From an uncultured Alphaproteobacteria bacterium (GTDB taxonomy: Bacteria > Pseudomonadota > Alphaproteobacteria > HIMB59 > GCA-002718135), in the NCBI GenBank assembly GCA_902540265.1, contig CACBLW010000005.1:30561-94560 (forward strand): 64,000 bases of DNA, given 5' to 3'. The notes beneath the pieces were generated by a model. It did not search any database. It had not been told where the DNA came from and worked only from the letters and a program-made list of their open reading frames with translations. A program made the translations under genes and the position numbers. Positions 41,939 to 53,637 of the stretch are shown here, piece after piece. The stretch's first letter is position 1, and each line of letters opens with the position of its first letter.

Positions 41939-43150
41939 GTGGTCAATAAAATGATTTCAATATTTAAGCCAAAAAAAATCAAAGATTTTAATCCCAGTGG
42001 CCTTGATATTTTTACTTTTAATGCAGGATTTAAAAAAAGAGATAAAGATCTATTATTAATAATCTTTGATAAAATTATTAATGTATGTTGCGTATATTCA
42101 AAAACATCAACACCTTCAGCCCCTATAATTTGGGATAAAAAATATAACAAAGGAAAAGCTAAAGCATTAATTGTGAATGCTGGTAATGCCAATGCGCATA
42201 CTGGGAAAGATGGACTTATAATTATTGATAAGTATGTAAAAAATCTAACAAAAAAAATTGAATGCAAGCCTAATGATGTATTGGTATCATCAACAGGTGT
42301 AATAGGTAAAAAGTTTAATCCTAATTTAATTATAAAGAAATTTAATAAATTGCATTCTAAAAATAAAAACAGTTTATTAGACAGCGCAAAGGCAATTATG
42401 ACAACTGACACTTTTCCTAAGGTGTCAATAAAAAATATTAACTTAGGCAATCAATCATTTAAAATTTATGGAATAGCTAAAGGATCAGGAATGATACAAC
42501 CAAATATGGGAACTATGTTAGTATATATTTTTTTGGAATGTGAAATTTCCAAAAAATTAATGTCTAAACTGCTTAAAAATAACCTAGATAACACTTTTAA
42601 TTCAATAACCGTTGATAGTGACACATCAACAAGTGACACTTTAATGATGTTTTCCGTTGGTAACAAAAATATAAATTTAAATAAAAAAAATTTTAAAATA
42701 CTAAATTTAAAAACATATGAGTTAATGCATGATTTATCCCTTCAAGTTATTAAAGATGGAGAAGGTTTATCAAAATTAATAAAAGTTAATGTTTTGAATG
42801 CAAGATCAAAAAATCAAGCTAAAAAAATAGCTTTTAGTATTGCTAATTCTCCTTTGGTTAAAACAGCTGTGGCTGGTGAAGATGCAAATTGGGGCAGAGT
42901 AATAATGGCGATTGGAAAAACTGAAGAAAATATTAATCAAAATAGAATTAAAGTTTTATTTGGAAATAATATCGTATGTGAAAATGGTTCTATAAGTAAA
43001 AAAATTAATATTAGAAAACTAAATCATTACATGAAAAATAAAACAATAGATATTAATGTAAAATTAAATTTAGGAAAGTTTTGTCATACTGTTTATGGAA
43101 ATGATCTAACTCTTGAATATTTAAAGATTAATGCTGATTACAGATCTTAA
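41939..43150 (+). CDS. argJ: Bifunctional glutamate N-acetyltransferase/amino-acid acetyltransferase
   Basis: NAGNANA.TG, STGVIG, IMTTDT, KGSGMI.PNMGTML, DTSTSD, DGEG, NADYRS. True start may be slightly downstream. Confidence 0.96.
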   Translation: MVNKMISIFKPKKIKDFNPSGLDIFTFNAGFKKRDKDLLLIIFDKIINVCCVYSKTSTPSAPIIWDKKYNKGKAKALIVNAGNANAHTGKDGLIIIDKYVKNLTKKIECKPNDVLVSSTGVIGKKFNPNLIIKKFNKLHSKNKNSLLDSAKAIMTTDTFPKVSIKNINLGNQSFKIYGIAKGSGMIQPNMGTMLVYIFLECEISKKLMSKLLKNNLDNTFNSITVDSDTSTSDTLMMFSVGNKNINLNKKNFKILNLKTYELMHDLSLQVIKDGEGLSKLIKVNVLNARSKNQAKKIAFSIANSPLVKTAVAGEDANWGRVIMAIGKTEENINQNRIKVLFGNNIVCENGSISKKINIRKLNHYMKNKTIDINVKLNLGKFCHTVYGNDLTLEYLKINADYRS

Positions 43151-43152
43151 TT

Positions 43153-43929
43153 TTATTTTTTCCAAGCACAAATCGTATTGTAATTTATATCAAGATTAAA
43201 ATTTTCATCATAATATTTTTTTTTAAATTGTTTTTCCAAATTAATAAAGTATTTCTTATTTTCAAAATTATTTCTTTTATCATTACCTAAATAAGGTAAA
43301 TTTAAAATTCTTATATCATCAAGTAGTTTTTTAAAATCTGAATATTCAATTTTAAAATTATTAGTATTTATTAAAGGCGCATCAAAATTATGTAATTTAA
43401 GCAGTTTAAAAATATCATTCGTATCTAAAATTGGATTAACTCTCTGATACATTCCTCCATATAAAATATTATCTGTTTCGAACATTGAATTTACTAACTG
43501 ATAGATATTTTCAGTACTAGGTATCGTTGCTATAAAAAATCCATTGGGATTTAGACATTGAAAAATATTTTCTATAAAATTGTTAAAATTAGATGTTAAT
43601 TGACAAAAAAAATTACTATAAATCAAATCAAATTTATCATCTTTTATTTTTAAATTGTCTAAATCAATTTCTATTAATTTTCGATCTATCTTTTTATTAA
43701 ATATTGATAAATCTATATCAGCACTCGTTATAGAGCATGATGGAAACCTTTCTTTAAGATAGTTATTAACTAAATTATCGTTAATCCCAAGTTGTAAAAT
43801 ACTATTAAAAGGAACTTTTAAAATATCTAAGGAATCAATTATATTTTTACTTATTTCATTATATATAAAGTTTTCTCCATATCTCCTATTTTTAGCTCTT
43901 AATAGTTTAAGATATTTTTTGTTTATCAT
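43153..43929 (-). CDS. SAM-dependent methyltransferase (BioC/NDUFAF5-like), divergent
   Basis: FDLIYSN, LNPNGFF, GG..QRVNP, F.AP; occupies the syntenic position after argJ. Motif I is degenerate (LQLG). Confidence 0.75.
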   Translation of the reverse strand: MINKKYLKLLRAKNRRYGENFIYNEISKNIIDSLDILKVPFNSILQLGINDNLVNNYLKERFPSCSITSADIDLSIFNKKIDRKLIEIDLDNLKIKDDKFDLIYSNFFCQLTSNFNNFIENIFQCLNPNGFFIATIPSTENIYQLVNSMFETDNILYGGMYQRVNPILDTNDIFKLLKLHNFDAPLINTNNFKIEYSDFKKLLDDIRILNLPYLGNDKRNNFENKKYFINLEKQFKKKYYDENFNLDINYNTICAWKK

Positions 43930-43955
43930 TTTTTTATAAAGTATAAAAAGTAATT

Positions 43956-44438
43956 ATGGATTTCATTCTTAAAGAGATAGTTACAATTATTAAAGAAGAA
44001 ACTGAACAAATTAATAAAAAAATTTATGGAACTACTTTTTTAGAAATATTAAAAGAAAAAATTTTAAATCGACAAGATCAAATCATTTTTAAAAATCTTC
44101 AAATACAGAATACTAATGTTCATATAGAGGAAGTTATAAATGTTCTTGAGAAAAATCTTATTTTTAAATTATCTTTTTATAAAAATCCTAATTCTATATT
44201 AAAATCTAAACTAAATAAAAATTTGCTTCTTATTGTTTTTAAAGAAATTGTAAAGATTGATATTTTGAACAACAATACTCTAAAATATATTAATGTCAGT
44301 TTAAAGCCAATGATGGGTATAACTTTATCTAAAGGAACTGTATGTAATTTAAATTTTCCAAAAAATGCATTAATTATGCAATTAGAGTCTGATGATGTTG
44401 ATTTTAATATTGAAAAAAAACAAGATAAAACAATATAA
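43956..44438 (+). CDS. Hypothetical protein (possible degenerate cupin fold)
   Basis: 160-aa ORF filling the gap between the methyltransferase and DUF1178; alternating hydrophobic beta-strand pattern in the C-terminal half. Confidence 0.65.
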   Translation: MDFILKEIVTIIKEETEQINKKIYGTTFLEILKEKILNRQDQIIFKNLQIQNTNVHIEEVINVLEKNLIFKLSFYKNPNSILKSKLNKNLLLIVFKEIVKIDILNNNTLKYINVSLKPMMGITLSKGTVCNLNFPKNALIMQLESDDVDFNIEKKQDKTI

Positions 44439-44443
44439 TATAC

Positions 44444-44857
44444 ATGATTGTATTTAATCTCTCTTGTTTTGAATGTGCTTTTTCTTTCGAAGGATGGTTC
44501 GAAAATACAAAAGACTATAAAAAGCAAATTAAACAAGGATTAGTGTCTTGTCCTTCCTGTAATAGTATTAAAATTAAAAAAGGCTTAATGGCACCAAATG
44601 TGGCAAAAAAATCAAATTCAAAAACTTTTAAAAAAAATAAATCAATTGCTTCTAATGTTAAAAAGTTAAAAAATATTATAGAAAAAGAATTCGACTATGT
44701 TGGTGATAAATTTACTGAAGAAGCAAAAAAAATTAAATATGGTGAAACGAAAGAACGTGCAATATATGGCGAAGCTTCGATTGAACAAACTAAAGAACTA
44801 ATGGATGAAGATATTGATGTACTACCATTACCTTTTTCAACAAAAAAAACTAATTAA
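44444..44857 (+). CDS. DUF1178 family protein
   Basis: MIVFNLSC...FEGWF...CPSC...K.LMAP.V...DYVGDKF.EEA...IYGEA...LP. Confidence 0.92.
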   Translation: MIVFNLSCFECAFSFEGWFENTKDYKKQIKQGLVSCPSCNSIKIKKGLMAPNVAKKSNSKTFKKNKSIASNVKKLKNIIEKEFDYVGDKFTEEAKKIKYGETKERAIYGEASIEQTKELMDEDIDVLPLPFSTKKTN

Positions 44858-45557
44858 TTAAATTTGCAGTACAAAAATAATTGACCATAAAGTTTTTTGT
44901 TAATTTCCATTCCCTGCTTAGTGGATCAAAAACAAGACCTTTAATATTTTTAAAATTAAAATTTTCTTCTGTTAAAGTTTTTTTTAATTCTTCAGGTTTA
45001 ATTAATTTATTGTAATCATGTGTTCCTTTAGGTATCCAATTAAGAATATTTTCAGCAATACTAATTGCAAATAATTTAGAAAGTGAGTTTCTATTAATTG
45101 TGGAAATTATAATTAAGCCATTTTTATTTAAATTTTTTTTTATTTTTTTAATAGTTTTTTTCCAATCATCTAAATGTTCTAAAACTTCAAACATTAGTAT
45201 TACATCAAATTTTTCAACTAATTTTGATTTTTCAATATCTTTATGAATATAGTTAATTTTTAGTTTATTTTTTTTAGAATGTATTTTAGCAGCACTGATA
45301 TTATTTGGAGCAAAATCTATTCCAGTAATTTTAGCACCGAGTCTTGCTAGTGGCTCACAAATAATTCCTCCACCACAGCCTACATCCAGTATTTTTAAAT
45401 TTTTAATATCTCTATCTCCAATTTGATCTAATATATATGTCATTCTATGACTTTTAATCTGATGAAGTATCTTAAATTTTCCATTTTCATTCCACCATTC
45501 ATCTGAAAGTTGATTAAACAAGGTAAATTCTTCATTTTTTGATTTTATATTCATCAT
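44850..45557 (-). CDS. ubiG: Ubiquinone biosynthesis O-methyltransferase
   Basis: WWNENGKFK.LH, LDVGCGGG, EVLEH, STINR, PKGTH, VNY. Confidence 0.95.
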   Translation of the reverse strand: MMNIKSKNEEFTLFNQLSDEWWNENGKFKILHQIKSHRMTYILDQIGDRDIKNLKILDVGCGGGIICEPLARLGAKITGIDFAPNNISAAKIHSKKNKLKINYIHKDIEKSKLVEKFDVILMFEVLEHLDDWKKTIKKIKKNLNKNGLIIISTINRNSLSKLFAISIAENILNWIPKGTHDYNKLIKPEELKKTLTEENFNFKNIKGLVFDPLSREWKLTKNFMVNYFCTANLIN

Positions 45558-45620
45558 AAAACTTGTTTGTTAGAAACAATAATTATAATAGCTGAAATAA
45601 TTTAAAAAAAATTTAAGTCA

Positions 45621-46832
45621 ATGAAACTTATAGTAATGAAATTTGGTGGTACTTCAGTTGGTAGTATCGGTAAAATAAATAATGTTGCAAACATTGTTGA
45701 AAAGCAATTAAATGATAAAAAGTTAATTGTTGTTTTATCCGCAATGTCCGGCATTACAAATAAAATGCAAGAATATATAGATGAAATTGAGTCAAACGAG
45801 ATTATTGAAAATGATTTAATTCTAACATCTGGTGAAGCAGTTTCAGTTGGACTTCTTTCGGCTATTTTAAAAAAAAGAAATATTAAATCCATTCCATTAC
45901 TTGGTTGGCAAATCCCAATTATAACAGACAGCAACCATCAAAAAGCTAAAATCTTAAACATAGACAAAGTTAGAATTGATAAATATCTAAATAATTATGA
46001 TGTTTTAGTAGTCGCTGGATTCCAAGGTGTAGATAAAGAAGGAAATATTACATCATTAGGCAGAGGTGGCTCCGATACAACTGCAGTAGCTGTTGCCGCC
46101 GCTGTTGATGCTGATAGATGTGATATTTACACAGATGTTGATGGTGTTTATACAACTGATCCAAATCTTGAACCCAAAGCTAAAAAAATTAATAAATTAG
46201 CGTTTGAAGAAATGTTAGAAATGTCTTCTACTGGTGCAAAAGTACTTCATACTCGCTCCGTTGAATTAGCAATGAAAAATAATCTCACCTTGCAGGTACT
46301 TTCTTCAATTACAAAAGATAGTGGCACTCTTGTTGTAGATGAAAATAAATTAATTGAAAAAGAAATTGTAAGCGGAGTTAGCTTTAGTAACAATGAATCA
46401 AAACTAACCTTATCTGGTATTGCTGATAAACCTGGTATATCAGCAACAATTTTTGGATTGTTAGCTAATAATAATATTAACGTAGATATGATTGTTCAAA
46501 ATACATCACAAGATGGTATAACAGCAAATATCACCTTCACTGTTCCAAACAGTGACATTCATAATGCTAAAAAGTTATTAGAAGAAAATCAAAATTTAAT
46601 CGACTTTAAATCTATTGAAACTGATACCAATATTTCTAAAATTTCTGTAATTGGTATGGGTATGATGTCTCAATCTGGAGTTGCAAAGAAGATGTTTACA
46701 ACATTAGCAGATAATTCAATTAATATATTAGCAATCTCAACATCAGAAATAAAGATAAGCGTATTAATTGATAAAAAATTCACAAAAATTGCTGTTAAAT
46801 CTCTTCACGAAGCATATAATCTAAATAATTAA
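45621..46832 (+). CDS. lysC: Aspartate kinase
   Basis: KFGGTSV, SAM, LGRGGSDTTAV, DVDGVYTTDP, two ACT domains, STSEIKIS. Confidence 0.97.
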   Translation: MKLIVMKFGGTSVGSIGKINNVANIVEKQLNDKKLIVVLSAMSGITNKMQEYIDEIESNEIIENDLILTSGEAVSVGLLSAILKKRNIKSIPLLGWQIPIITDSNHQKAKILNIDKVRIDKYLNNYDVLVVAGFQGVDKEGNITSLGRGGSDTTAVAVAAAVDADRCDIYTDVDGVYTTDPNLEPKAKKINKLAFEEMLEMSSTGAKVLHTRSVELAMKNNLTLQVLSSITKDSGTLVVDENKLIEKEIVSGVSFSNNESKLTLSGIADKPGISATIFGLLANNNINVDMIVQNTSQDGITANITFTVPNSDIHNAKKLLEENQNLIDFKSIETDTNISKISVIGMGMMSQSGVAKKMFTTLADNSINILAISTSEIKISVLIDKKFTKIAVKSLHEAYNLNN

Positions 46833-47621
46833 ATGAAAACTGTAGGTCAAATCTTATTAATTGGAAGAAAATCTAAAAACCTTTCAATAAGCGATATATC
46901 AATTGAATTAAAAATTTCTAAAAATATGATTGCTGATCTAGAAAATGATGATATTAAAAATAATTCAGATATTATTTTTTACATAGGTCATCTAAGATCT
47001 TATTCAAACTTTCTTGATCTAGATAGTGACACAATTATCAAAAAATTTAAAGAACAAGTATCATTTAATATTAAGGAAGATAAAAAAAATATCACTCCAA
47101 TAGTTGAAGACAATTTTTTTAAAATTGAAAAGTTTTTTGCTGCTTCTCTTATCTTGATTATATTTACTTCATTTTACTTTTTGTTCGTTGATGAAAAAAA
47201 TAATGAGATTAATTTTGCCCTAGTGCCAGACATACCTGAGAGCTTGCAACCTATAGTAGAAAAAGCAAATACTTTTAATAATAATTATTCTCATAGTAAT
47301 AGTTTAGATAAAAGTAATTTTATAAATAATTCTAGTGCTATAGCATCTATAGAAAATGATGTAGATGTTGCTACAATTGCTACATTAAAAATGCTAAATC
47401 CAACCTGGTTGCAACTAAGAGACGAATCTAATAATATTATATTAAGTAAGTTAATGGATAAAGATGAAGAGTTTTCTTACGAACTTAAGCTTAATTATAA
47501 TATTACAGCAGGAAATGCAGGTAATATTCTAGTGATTATAGATGGTGAAGTAAGAGGTAAAATAGGTAAATTTGGTGATATATTAGATTCCTTTGTATTA
47601 TTTAAAGATTTTACAAATTAG
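46833..47621 (+). CDS. rodZ: RodZ-like cytoskeleton protein (HTH-TM-DUF4115)
   Basis: N-terminal HTH (G.LRSY..FL.LD), one TM segment, TWLQLRD...AGNAG; lies upstream of ispG. Confidence 0.85.
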   Translation: MKTVGQILLIGRKSKNLSISDISIELKISKNMIADLENDDIKNNSDIIFYIGHLRSYSNFLDLDSDTIIKKFKEQVSFNIKEDKKNITPIVEDNFFKIEKFFAASLILIIFTSFYFLFVDEKNNEINFALVPDIPESLQPIVEKANTFNNNYSHSNSLDKSNFINNSSAIASIENDVDVATIATLKMLNPTWLQLRDESNNIILSKLMDKDEEFSYELKLNYNITAGNAGNILVIIDGEVRGKIGKFGDILDSFVLFKDFTN

Positions 47622-47625
47622 ATAG

Positions 47626-48723
47626 ATGCATAGACCCTATCAGCAAATTCAGAGAAGAAAATCGCGTGTTGTTAATGTAGGTAGTGTAAGTATTGGTGGC
47701 AATAATCAAATTGCAGTTCAAACAATGACTAACACCTTAACTTCCAACGCAAAAGACACCTTAGAACAAATTGAAAGATCAGCAAAACTCGGCGTAGATA
47801 TAGTACGTGTTTCTGTGCCAGACAAAGAATCCTCAAATTCTTTAAAGGAAATAGTTAAGCATAGTTCCGTTCCAATTGTTGCAGATATACATTTTCATTA
47901 TCAAAGAGGAATTGAGGCAGCAAACAACGGCGCCTCCTGTATTAGGATAAATCCTGGAAATATTGGAAGCATTGATAGGATAAAAGAAGTTATAAAAGCG
48001 GCAAAGGATAATAATTGTTCAATAAGAGTTGGTGTGAATGCAGGTAGTTTAGAAAAACAAATTTTAGAAAAATATTCAGAACCTACACCAGAAGCATTAG
48101 TAGAAAGTGCTAAATTTAATATCAAGATACTTGAAGATAATGATTTCACCAATTTTAAAATTAGTGTGAAATCCTCAGATATATTTATGTCTATTAAAGC
48201 ATATGAGCAATTAGCTGAATTATGTGATTATCCATTACATTTAGGTATCACAGAGGCTGGAGGAAAAAGAACAGGTTCAATTAAATCTTCAATAGGAATT
48301 GGAAATTTACTTTTGCAAGGAATAGGAGATACAATTAGAATATCACTTTCAGATGAGCCAGAGGAAGAGGTAAGAGTCGGTTTTGAAATCTTAAAAAGCT
48401 TAGGATTAAGGAATAGGGGTGTAAAAATAATATCATGTCCATCATGTGCTAGACAGCAATTTGAAGTGATAAAAACTGTAAAAAATTTGGAAAAAAAATT
48501 AGATGATATTTCCACGCCAATAACAGTATCAATTATAGGATGCGTAGTAAACGGTCCAGGCGAAGCAACCATGACAAATATTGGAATAACGGGTGGTGGA
48601 AATGATACACACATGATTTATCTTGATGGTAAAAAAAATAATGTTGTGAAAAATGTAGATTTAGAAAATTATCTTGAAAAAATTATTAGAAAAAAAACAA
48701 AAGAACTTGAGCTAAATCAGTAA
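47626..48723 (+). CDS. ispG: (E)-4-hydroxy-3-methylbut-2-enyl-diphosphate synthase
   Basis: [42 protein letters not shown]. Confidence 0.98.
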   Translation: MHRPYQQIQRRKSRVVNVGSVSIGGNNQIAVQTMTNTLTSNAKDTLEQIERSAKLGVDIVRVSVPDKESSNSLKEIVKHSSVPIVADIHFHYQRGIEAANNGASCIRINPGNIGSIDRIKEVIKAAKDNNCSIRVGVNAGSLEKQILEKYSEPTPEALVESAKFNIKILEDNDFTNFKISVKSSDIFMSIKAYEQLAELCDYPLHLGITEAGGKRTGSIKSSIGIGNLLLQGIGDTIRISLSDEPEEEVRVGFEILKSLGLRNRGVKIISCPSCARQQFEVIKTVKNLEKKLDDISTPITVSIIGCVVNGPGEATMTNIGITGGGNDTHMIYLDGKKNNVVKNVDLENYLEKIIRKKTKELELNQ

Positions 48724-48724
48724 A

Positions 48725-49969
48725 ATGAAATTAAGATCAGTTAGAGGAACCCATGATATTTTTGGAGAAGAAATAGAAAAATTTAACCAAATTTCTAATA
48801 TTGTTTCTAAAAATGCTCATTTAAAAAATTTTAAAGAAATCCAGACACCTATTTTTGAATTTAGTGATTTATTTGCAAAACCTTTAGGTGAACATTCTGA
48901 TGTTGTTTTGAAAGAGATGTATTCATTTGAAGATAGAAATAATGAATTTTTAACATTACGCCCTGAGTATACAACACCTATGATTAGAGCTGCTATCACT
49001 AATAATCTCTTGAATGATCTTCCATTAAAAATTTATGGTATTGGTCCAATGTTTAGAAGAGAAAGACCACAAAAAGGTAGATACAGACAATTTAATCAGA
49101 TAAATTTTGAAATACTTGGCACTAAAGATTTTCTTGCAGATGTTGAATTAATATTACTGTCAAATAATATTTTAAAAGAACTTCTGCCTAAATCTAACAT
49201 AAGACTTCAAATTAATTCTTTAGGAGATAAAGAAACTTTAATTAATTTTAAAAAAAGTCTTACTAAATATTTTAATACTTATAAAAAGAAACTATCAGAA
49301 GAAAGTATTAAAAAAATTGATACTAACCCATTAAGAATATTAGATTCAAAAAATGATGAAGATATTGAAATTGCAAAATCTTCACCAAAAATATATGAAT
49401 ATTTAACTATCGAAGCTAAAAAGTACTATGAAGATATTAAAAGTGCTTTAAATCTTCTTGAAATTAATTTTGAAGAAAATGCTAATCTAGTTAGAGGTCT
49501 TGATTATTATTGTAATACAGTATTTGAATACAAATCGGATAATTTAGGTAGTCAAGATACCTTATTAGGCGGAGGACGATATGATGGGTTAATAAAAGTA
49601 TTAGGAGGGCCGGATATACCTGGAATTGGATGGGCTGCAGGCATTGAAAGAATTGCTTTATTAATGGAGTCTGAAAAAAAAATAAAATCAACTATTCACA
49701 TTGCAGTAACAAATGTAAAATTTACAGATTATTTTGTTCATCTACAAAAATATTTATCTGAAAATAGAATTTCATATTACTGGAATTATAAATACAATTT
49801 AAAAAAATCATTTACTAAAGCTAATACATCTTCAGCATCTTACATTATTATAATTGGAGAGAACGAGTTTAATGGTAATTTTTTTACTATTAAAAATTTA
49901 ATGACTGGTGAACAAAAAGAATTAAAGCTTAATCAAATATTTAATCATTTGAATGATAAATCTAGATAA
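48725..49969 (+). CDS. hisS: Histidine--tRNA ligase
   Basis: [40 protein letters not shown]. Confidence 0.97.
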   Translation: MKLRSVRGTHDIFGEEIEKFNQISNIVSKNAHLKNFKEIQTPIFEFSDLFAKPLGEHSDVVLKEMYSFEDRNNEFLTLRPEYTTPMIRAAITNNLLNDLPLKIYGIGPMFRRERPQKGRYRQFNQINFEILGTKDFLADVELILLSNNILKELLPKSNIRLQINSLGDKETLINFKKSLTKYFNTYKKKLSEESIKKIDTNPLRILDSKNDEDIEIAKSSPKIYEYLTIEAKKYYEDIKSALNLLEINFEENANLVRGLDYYCNTVFEYKSDNLGSQDTLLGGGRYDGLIKVLGGPDIPGIGWAAGIERIALLMESEKKIKSTIHIAVTNVKFTDYFVHLQKYLSENRISYYWNYKYNLKKSFTKANTSSASYIIIIGENEFNGNFFTIKNLMTGEQKELKLNQIFNHLNDKSR

Positions 49970-51029
49970 ACAATTTTCAATAATTTTAGAAAAATTTAAA
50001 CTAATTGAAAATTCATTAAACAATATGAATAATATTGACTCAAATGAATTAATTAAGCTAAACAAAGAATATTCTGAGCTCCGACCAATTGTATTAAAAA
50101 TTCAAGAATATAAAGATTTTCAAAAAGATATATTAAATCTTAATGAGTTAGTAAAAGATAATGATTTAGAAATTAGTAAAATAGCTGAATTAGAGCTCAT
50201 TGAAAAAAAAAACTTTATTAAAGATCTTGAACAAGAATTATTAAAATTATTAATACCAAAAGATGAAAATGACTCTAAAAATTCAATTTTAGAAATTAGA
50301 GCTGGAACTGGAGGTGATGAAGCATCACTTTTTGCTTCTGATTTATTAAATATGTACCAGAGATATGCAGATTTAAATTCATGGAAATTTGACATTTTAT
50401 CAATATCAGAAACAGGTTTGAAAGGTGTAAAGGAGGCAATTTGTAATATCTCAGGATTAAATGTTTTTTCCAAATTGAAATTTGAATCTGGTGTTCATAG
50501 AGTACAAAGGGTGCCAACTACAGAAAGTAGTGGAAGAGTACATACATCTGCTGCAACAGTAGCTGTTTTACCTGAAGCAGAAGAAGTCGATATTGAAGTT
50601 CTTGATAAAGATTTAAGAATTGATGTTTTTAGATCAAGCGGACCAGGAGGACAATCTGTTAATACAACTGATAGTGCTGTAAGAATTACACATTTACCAA
50701 CTGGAATTGTAGTTTCACAACAAGATGAGAAATCGCAACATAAAAATAGAGCAAAAGCTTTAAAAATTTTACGATCAAGATTGCTAGATAATCAACTTCA
50801 AGAAAAAAATAAAGAAAGGTCTGAACAAAGGAAAAATCAAGTCGGTTCTGGAGATAGATCTGAGAGAATAAGGACATATAATTTTCCACAAGGAAGAGTT
50901 TCTGATCATAGAATAAATCTTACATTGTATAATCTATCAGAGATACTTGAAGGTAACATAGATGAATTGATAAATCCATTGATTGCTGAAGAAGAGAGTA
51001 CAAAGTTAGCTAATATGAAAAATGAATAA
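49953..51029 (+). CDS. prfA: Peptide chain release factor 1
   Basis: GGQ motif, PxT motif (RVPTTE), RTYNFPQGR. Confidence 0.98.
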   Translation: MINLDKQFSIILEKFKLIENSLNNMNNIDSNELIKLNKEYSELRPIVLKIQEYKDFQKDILNLNELVKDNDLEISKIAELELIEKKNFIKDLEQELLKLLIPKDENDSKNSILEIRAGTGGDEASLFASDLLNMYQRYADLNSWKFDILSISETGLKGVKEAICNISGLNVFSKLKFESGVHRVQRVPTTESSGRVHTSAATVAVLPEAEEVDIEVLDKDLRIDVFRSSGPGGQSVNTTDSAVRITHLPTGIVVSQQDEKSQHKNRAKALKILRSRLLDNQLQEKNKERSEQRKNQVGSGDRSERIRTYNFPQGRVSDHRINLTLYNLSEILEGNIDELINPLIAEEESTKLANMKNE

Positions 51030-51852
51030 TTTAATTAAACAGAGTTTAATAAAACTAAAGCAAAAAAATATAAATAATCCAGAATTAGATCTAAGAATTT
51101 TGCTAAAGCATGCTTCAAAAAAAAATAATGAAATTATTTTGAGTAATCTAAGCCTAGATAATATTGATATTGGTAAATTTAAAAAATCTCTACAAAAAAG
51201 AATCAATAGACAGTCAATAGCTAAAATAATTAATAATAAATCTTTCTGGAAATACGATTTTTATGTAAATAATTATGTTTTAGATCCACGTCCAGAAACA
51301 GAATTAATAATTGAGGAAGTTTTAAAAATTTATAATAACAAAAATCGAAAATTAAAAATATTAGATATAGGTACTGGATCAGGCTGTATTGCAATATCAC
51401 TTGCTAAGGAATATAAAAACGCATCAATCACAGCTATAGACGTTTCTCAAGAAGCATTAGAAGTAGCATCAAAAAACTCAAAAATACATAATTGTGGTAA
51501 TCAAATTCAATTTAAGCTTATTGATTTTAATAATATTAATTCCAAGTTCGATTTGATTGTATCAAATCCACCATATTTAACAAACGACCAGTATGATAAT
51601 ACAGATCCAGAAGTTAAAAATTTTGAACCTAAATTAGCTTTAGTTGGAGGAGATGATGGTCTGAAATTTTACAGAGAATATTCAAATACTCTTCAAAATT
51701 TAATGAATAAAAAAGCTTATTTTGTTTGTGAAATCGGTATTAATCAACGACAAGATTGCGAAGAAATTTTTCAAAATTCAGGATTAAATTTAAGTAATAT
51801 CGTTCATGATTTACAAGGAATTGAGAGAATCCTTAGTTTTTCTAAGATATAA
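51022..51852 (+). CDS. prmC: Release factor glutamine methyltransferase
   Basis: [20 protein letters not shown]; downstream of prfA. Confidence 0.96.
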   Translation: MNNLIKQSLIKLKQKNINNPELDLRILLKHASKKNNEIILSNLSLDNIDIGKFKKSLQKRINRQSIAKIINNKSFWKYDFYVNNYVLDPRPETELIIEEVLKIYNNKNRKLKILDIGTGSGCIAISLAKEYKNASITAIDVSQEALEVASKNSKIHNCGNQIQFKLIDFNNINSKFDLIVSNPPYLTNDQYDNTDPEVKNFEPKLALVGGDDGLKFYREYSNTLQNLMNKKAYFVCEIGINQRQDCEEIFQNSGLNLSNIVHDLQGIERILSFSKI

Positions 51853-51930
51853 GTTGAAATAAATTAAATGAACTGTATAGGTAATGAAAATAAGATTAAT
51901 AATTTAATAAAATTTTTAATTTCCAAAAAA

Positions 51931-52344
51931 ATGTATAAAAAAAACGGTAGAACCGCTTATAAGAGTAATAGAAGAACCAGTTATAAGAAACCTGGTGGAT
52001 ACAAAAATTTCAATAATAGAAATAGAGGAAATGTATCCCAGCAATATAACAAGTACTTAAAACTAGCTAAAGAAGCATCACGTTCAGGTGATAGAATTCA
52101 ATCTGAATACTATTATCAATTTACCGATCACTACTACAGAATAATGGTTGAGTTAGGTATTAATATTGAAGAAAACACTAATTTTGATGAGTTAAAACAA
52201 AGTACTTCAAATGAACAAACTTCAGGTACTGATAATGCAACTATCGAAGTAAATGATAGTGATAAATCAGAAGATGACTCTATCGAATCTATTCCATTTA
52301 TAGCTGAACCATCTAAAGAAAAAAGAATAAAATCAACAAAGTAG
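51931..52344 (+). CDS. DUF4167 domain protein
   Basis: RGN..Q..NKY..LAKEA..SGDRI.SEYYYQ..DHYYR; basic N-terminus and acidic tail. Likely start is 51931. Confidence 0.85.
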   Translation: MYKKNGRTAYKSNRRTSYKKPGGYKNFNNRNRGNVSQQYNKYLKLAKEASRSGDRIQSEYYYQFTDHYYRIMVELGINIEENTNFDELKQSTSNEQTSGTDNATIEVNDSDKSEDDSIESIPFIAEPSKEKRIKSTK

Positions 52345-53637
52345 TTATTCGTATAACAAACTTAAATGATCTGCATATATTATTTTATATTCTTCTTTAA
52401 ATTTTTCTAATTCTTTACCCTTAAGTATTTTTCCAGAAGGAAGTTTTAGTTTTAACGGATTTATATGTTTATTTTGATAAATAATTTCATAATGAAGATG
52501 AGGTCCTGTAGAATTTCCTGTACTACCTACATAGCCTATAACTTCACCTTGGTTTACTCTTACCCCTTTAGAAATACCTTTCTTATAATTTGAAAGATGT
52601 GCATATGCCGTTTTATATCCATTATTATGCCTTATACGAATGTATTTCCCATATCCTCCATTCCTTCCAACATACTCAACAATTCCATTTCCTCCAGCAT
52701 AAATTGGTGTTCCTGTGGGTGCAGCAAAATCAACACCTTTATGCATTTTATTGAAACCTGAAATAGGATGTTTTCGCATACCAAAATTTGATGAAATTCT
52801 TGCACCATCTAATGGTGTCTTTAAAATTGATTTTTTAACATTTTTTCCCTCTCTGTTAAAATAATCAACATAACCATCATCTGTAATAAACTTAAAATAT
52901 TCTAATTGTTTTCCATCAATTATTATCGAAGCATATTTAATATCGTTATATTCTAGTTTACCTGTTTCAACTATTTCATCAAATTCATAAGATATTGAAA
53001 CAACTGTATCGACTCTAATATCTCTTTGAAAATCAAGATCAAAACTAAAAAGGCGTATAATTTTAACTAAAATATCTGATGATACATCATTTTTAATACC
53101 GTCTGAAAATAATGATTCTGAAATTGTATACTCTTTTGATTCAATAAATGAATTCTTTGTTAACTTTATTATATTTAGATTTATTTCTTTATCTAAATTA
53201 ACAGAGATAATAGTCTTATTGTTTTTAAAAAATTCAATTTTTTTTATTTCAGCAAAATTATTTTCAAACACACTTATAATTTCTCCAGTTTTAATTTTCT
53301 TTAAATCATAAGTTTCTTCGATCTTATTAATGATTTCATAAATTTTTTTCTGCTTAAAGTTTAGATTTTCCAAAATAGAGACAAAAGTATCACCTTGTAA
53401 AATTTCAATTTTTTTCTCAACAAATTGTTCTTTATCAATATTTTTTTTTATATTAGGTGTTGCTACTTCTTCTTTTTTTTCTTGAATAATTTCTTTTTTA
53501 TCTTCTACTATTTCTTTTTTTATAATTTCTTCCTCAAAAATATATTTCTTTGGTATATTTAAGTATTCAGAAATAAACAAATAATATCCTGATGATATTA
53601 AAGAAATTAAAATTAGATATCTTAAAATTTTAAACAC
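52345..53637 (-). CDS. M23 family peptidoglycan DD-endopeptidase
   Basis: N-terminal TM, DFQRD, HKGVDFAA (HxxxD), YAHLS, GPHLHYE (HxH). Confidence 0.93.
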   Translation of the reverse strand: MFKILRYLILISLISSGYYLFISEYLNIPKKYIFEEEIIKKEIVEDKKEIIQEKKEEVATPNIKKNIDKEQFVEKKIEILQGDTFVSILENLNFKQKKIYEIINKIEETYDLKKIKTGEIISVFENNFAEIKKIEFFKNNKTIISVNLDKEINLNIIKLTKNSFIESKEYTISESLFSDGIKNDVSSDILVKIIRLFSFDLDFQRDIRVDTVVSISYEFDEIVETGKLEYNDIKYASIIIDGKQLEYFKFITDDGYVDYFNREGKNVKKSILKTPLDGARISSNFGMRKHPISGFNKMHKGVDFAAPTGTPIYAGGNGIVEYVGRNGGYGKYIRIRHNNGYKTAYAHLSNYKKGISKGVRVNQGEVIGYVGSTGNSTGPHLHYEIIYQNKHINPLKLKLPSGKILKGKELEKFKEEYKIIYADHLSLLYE

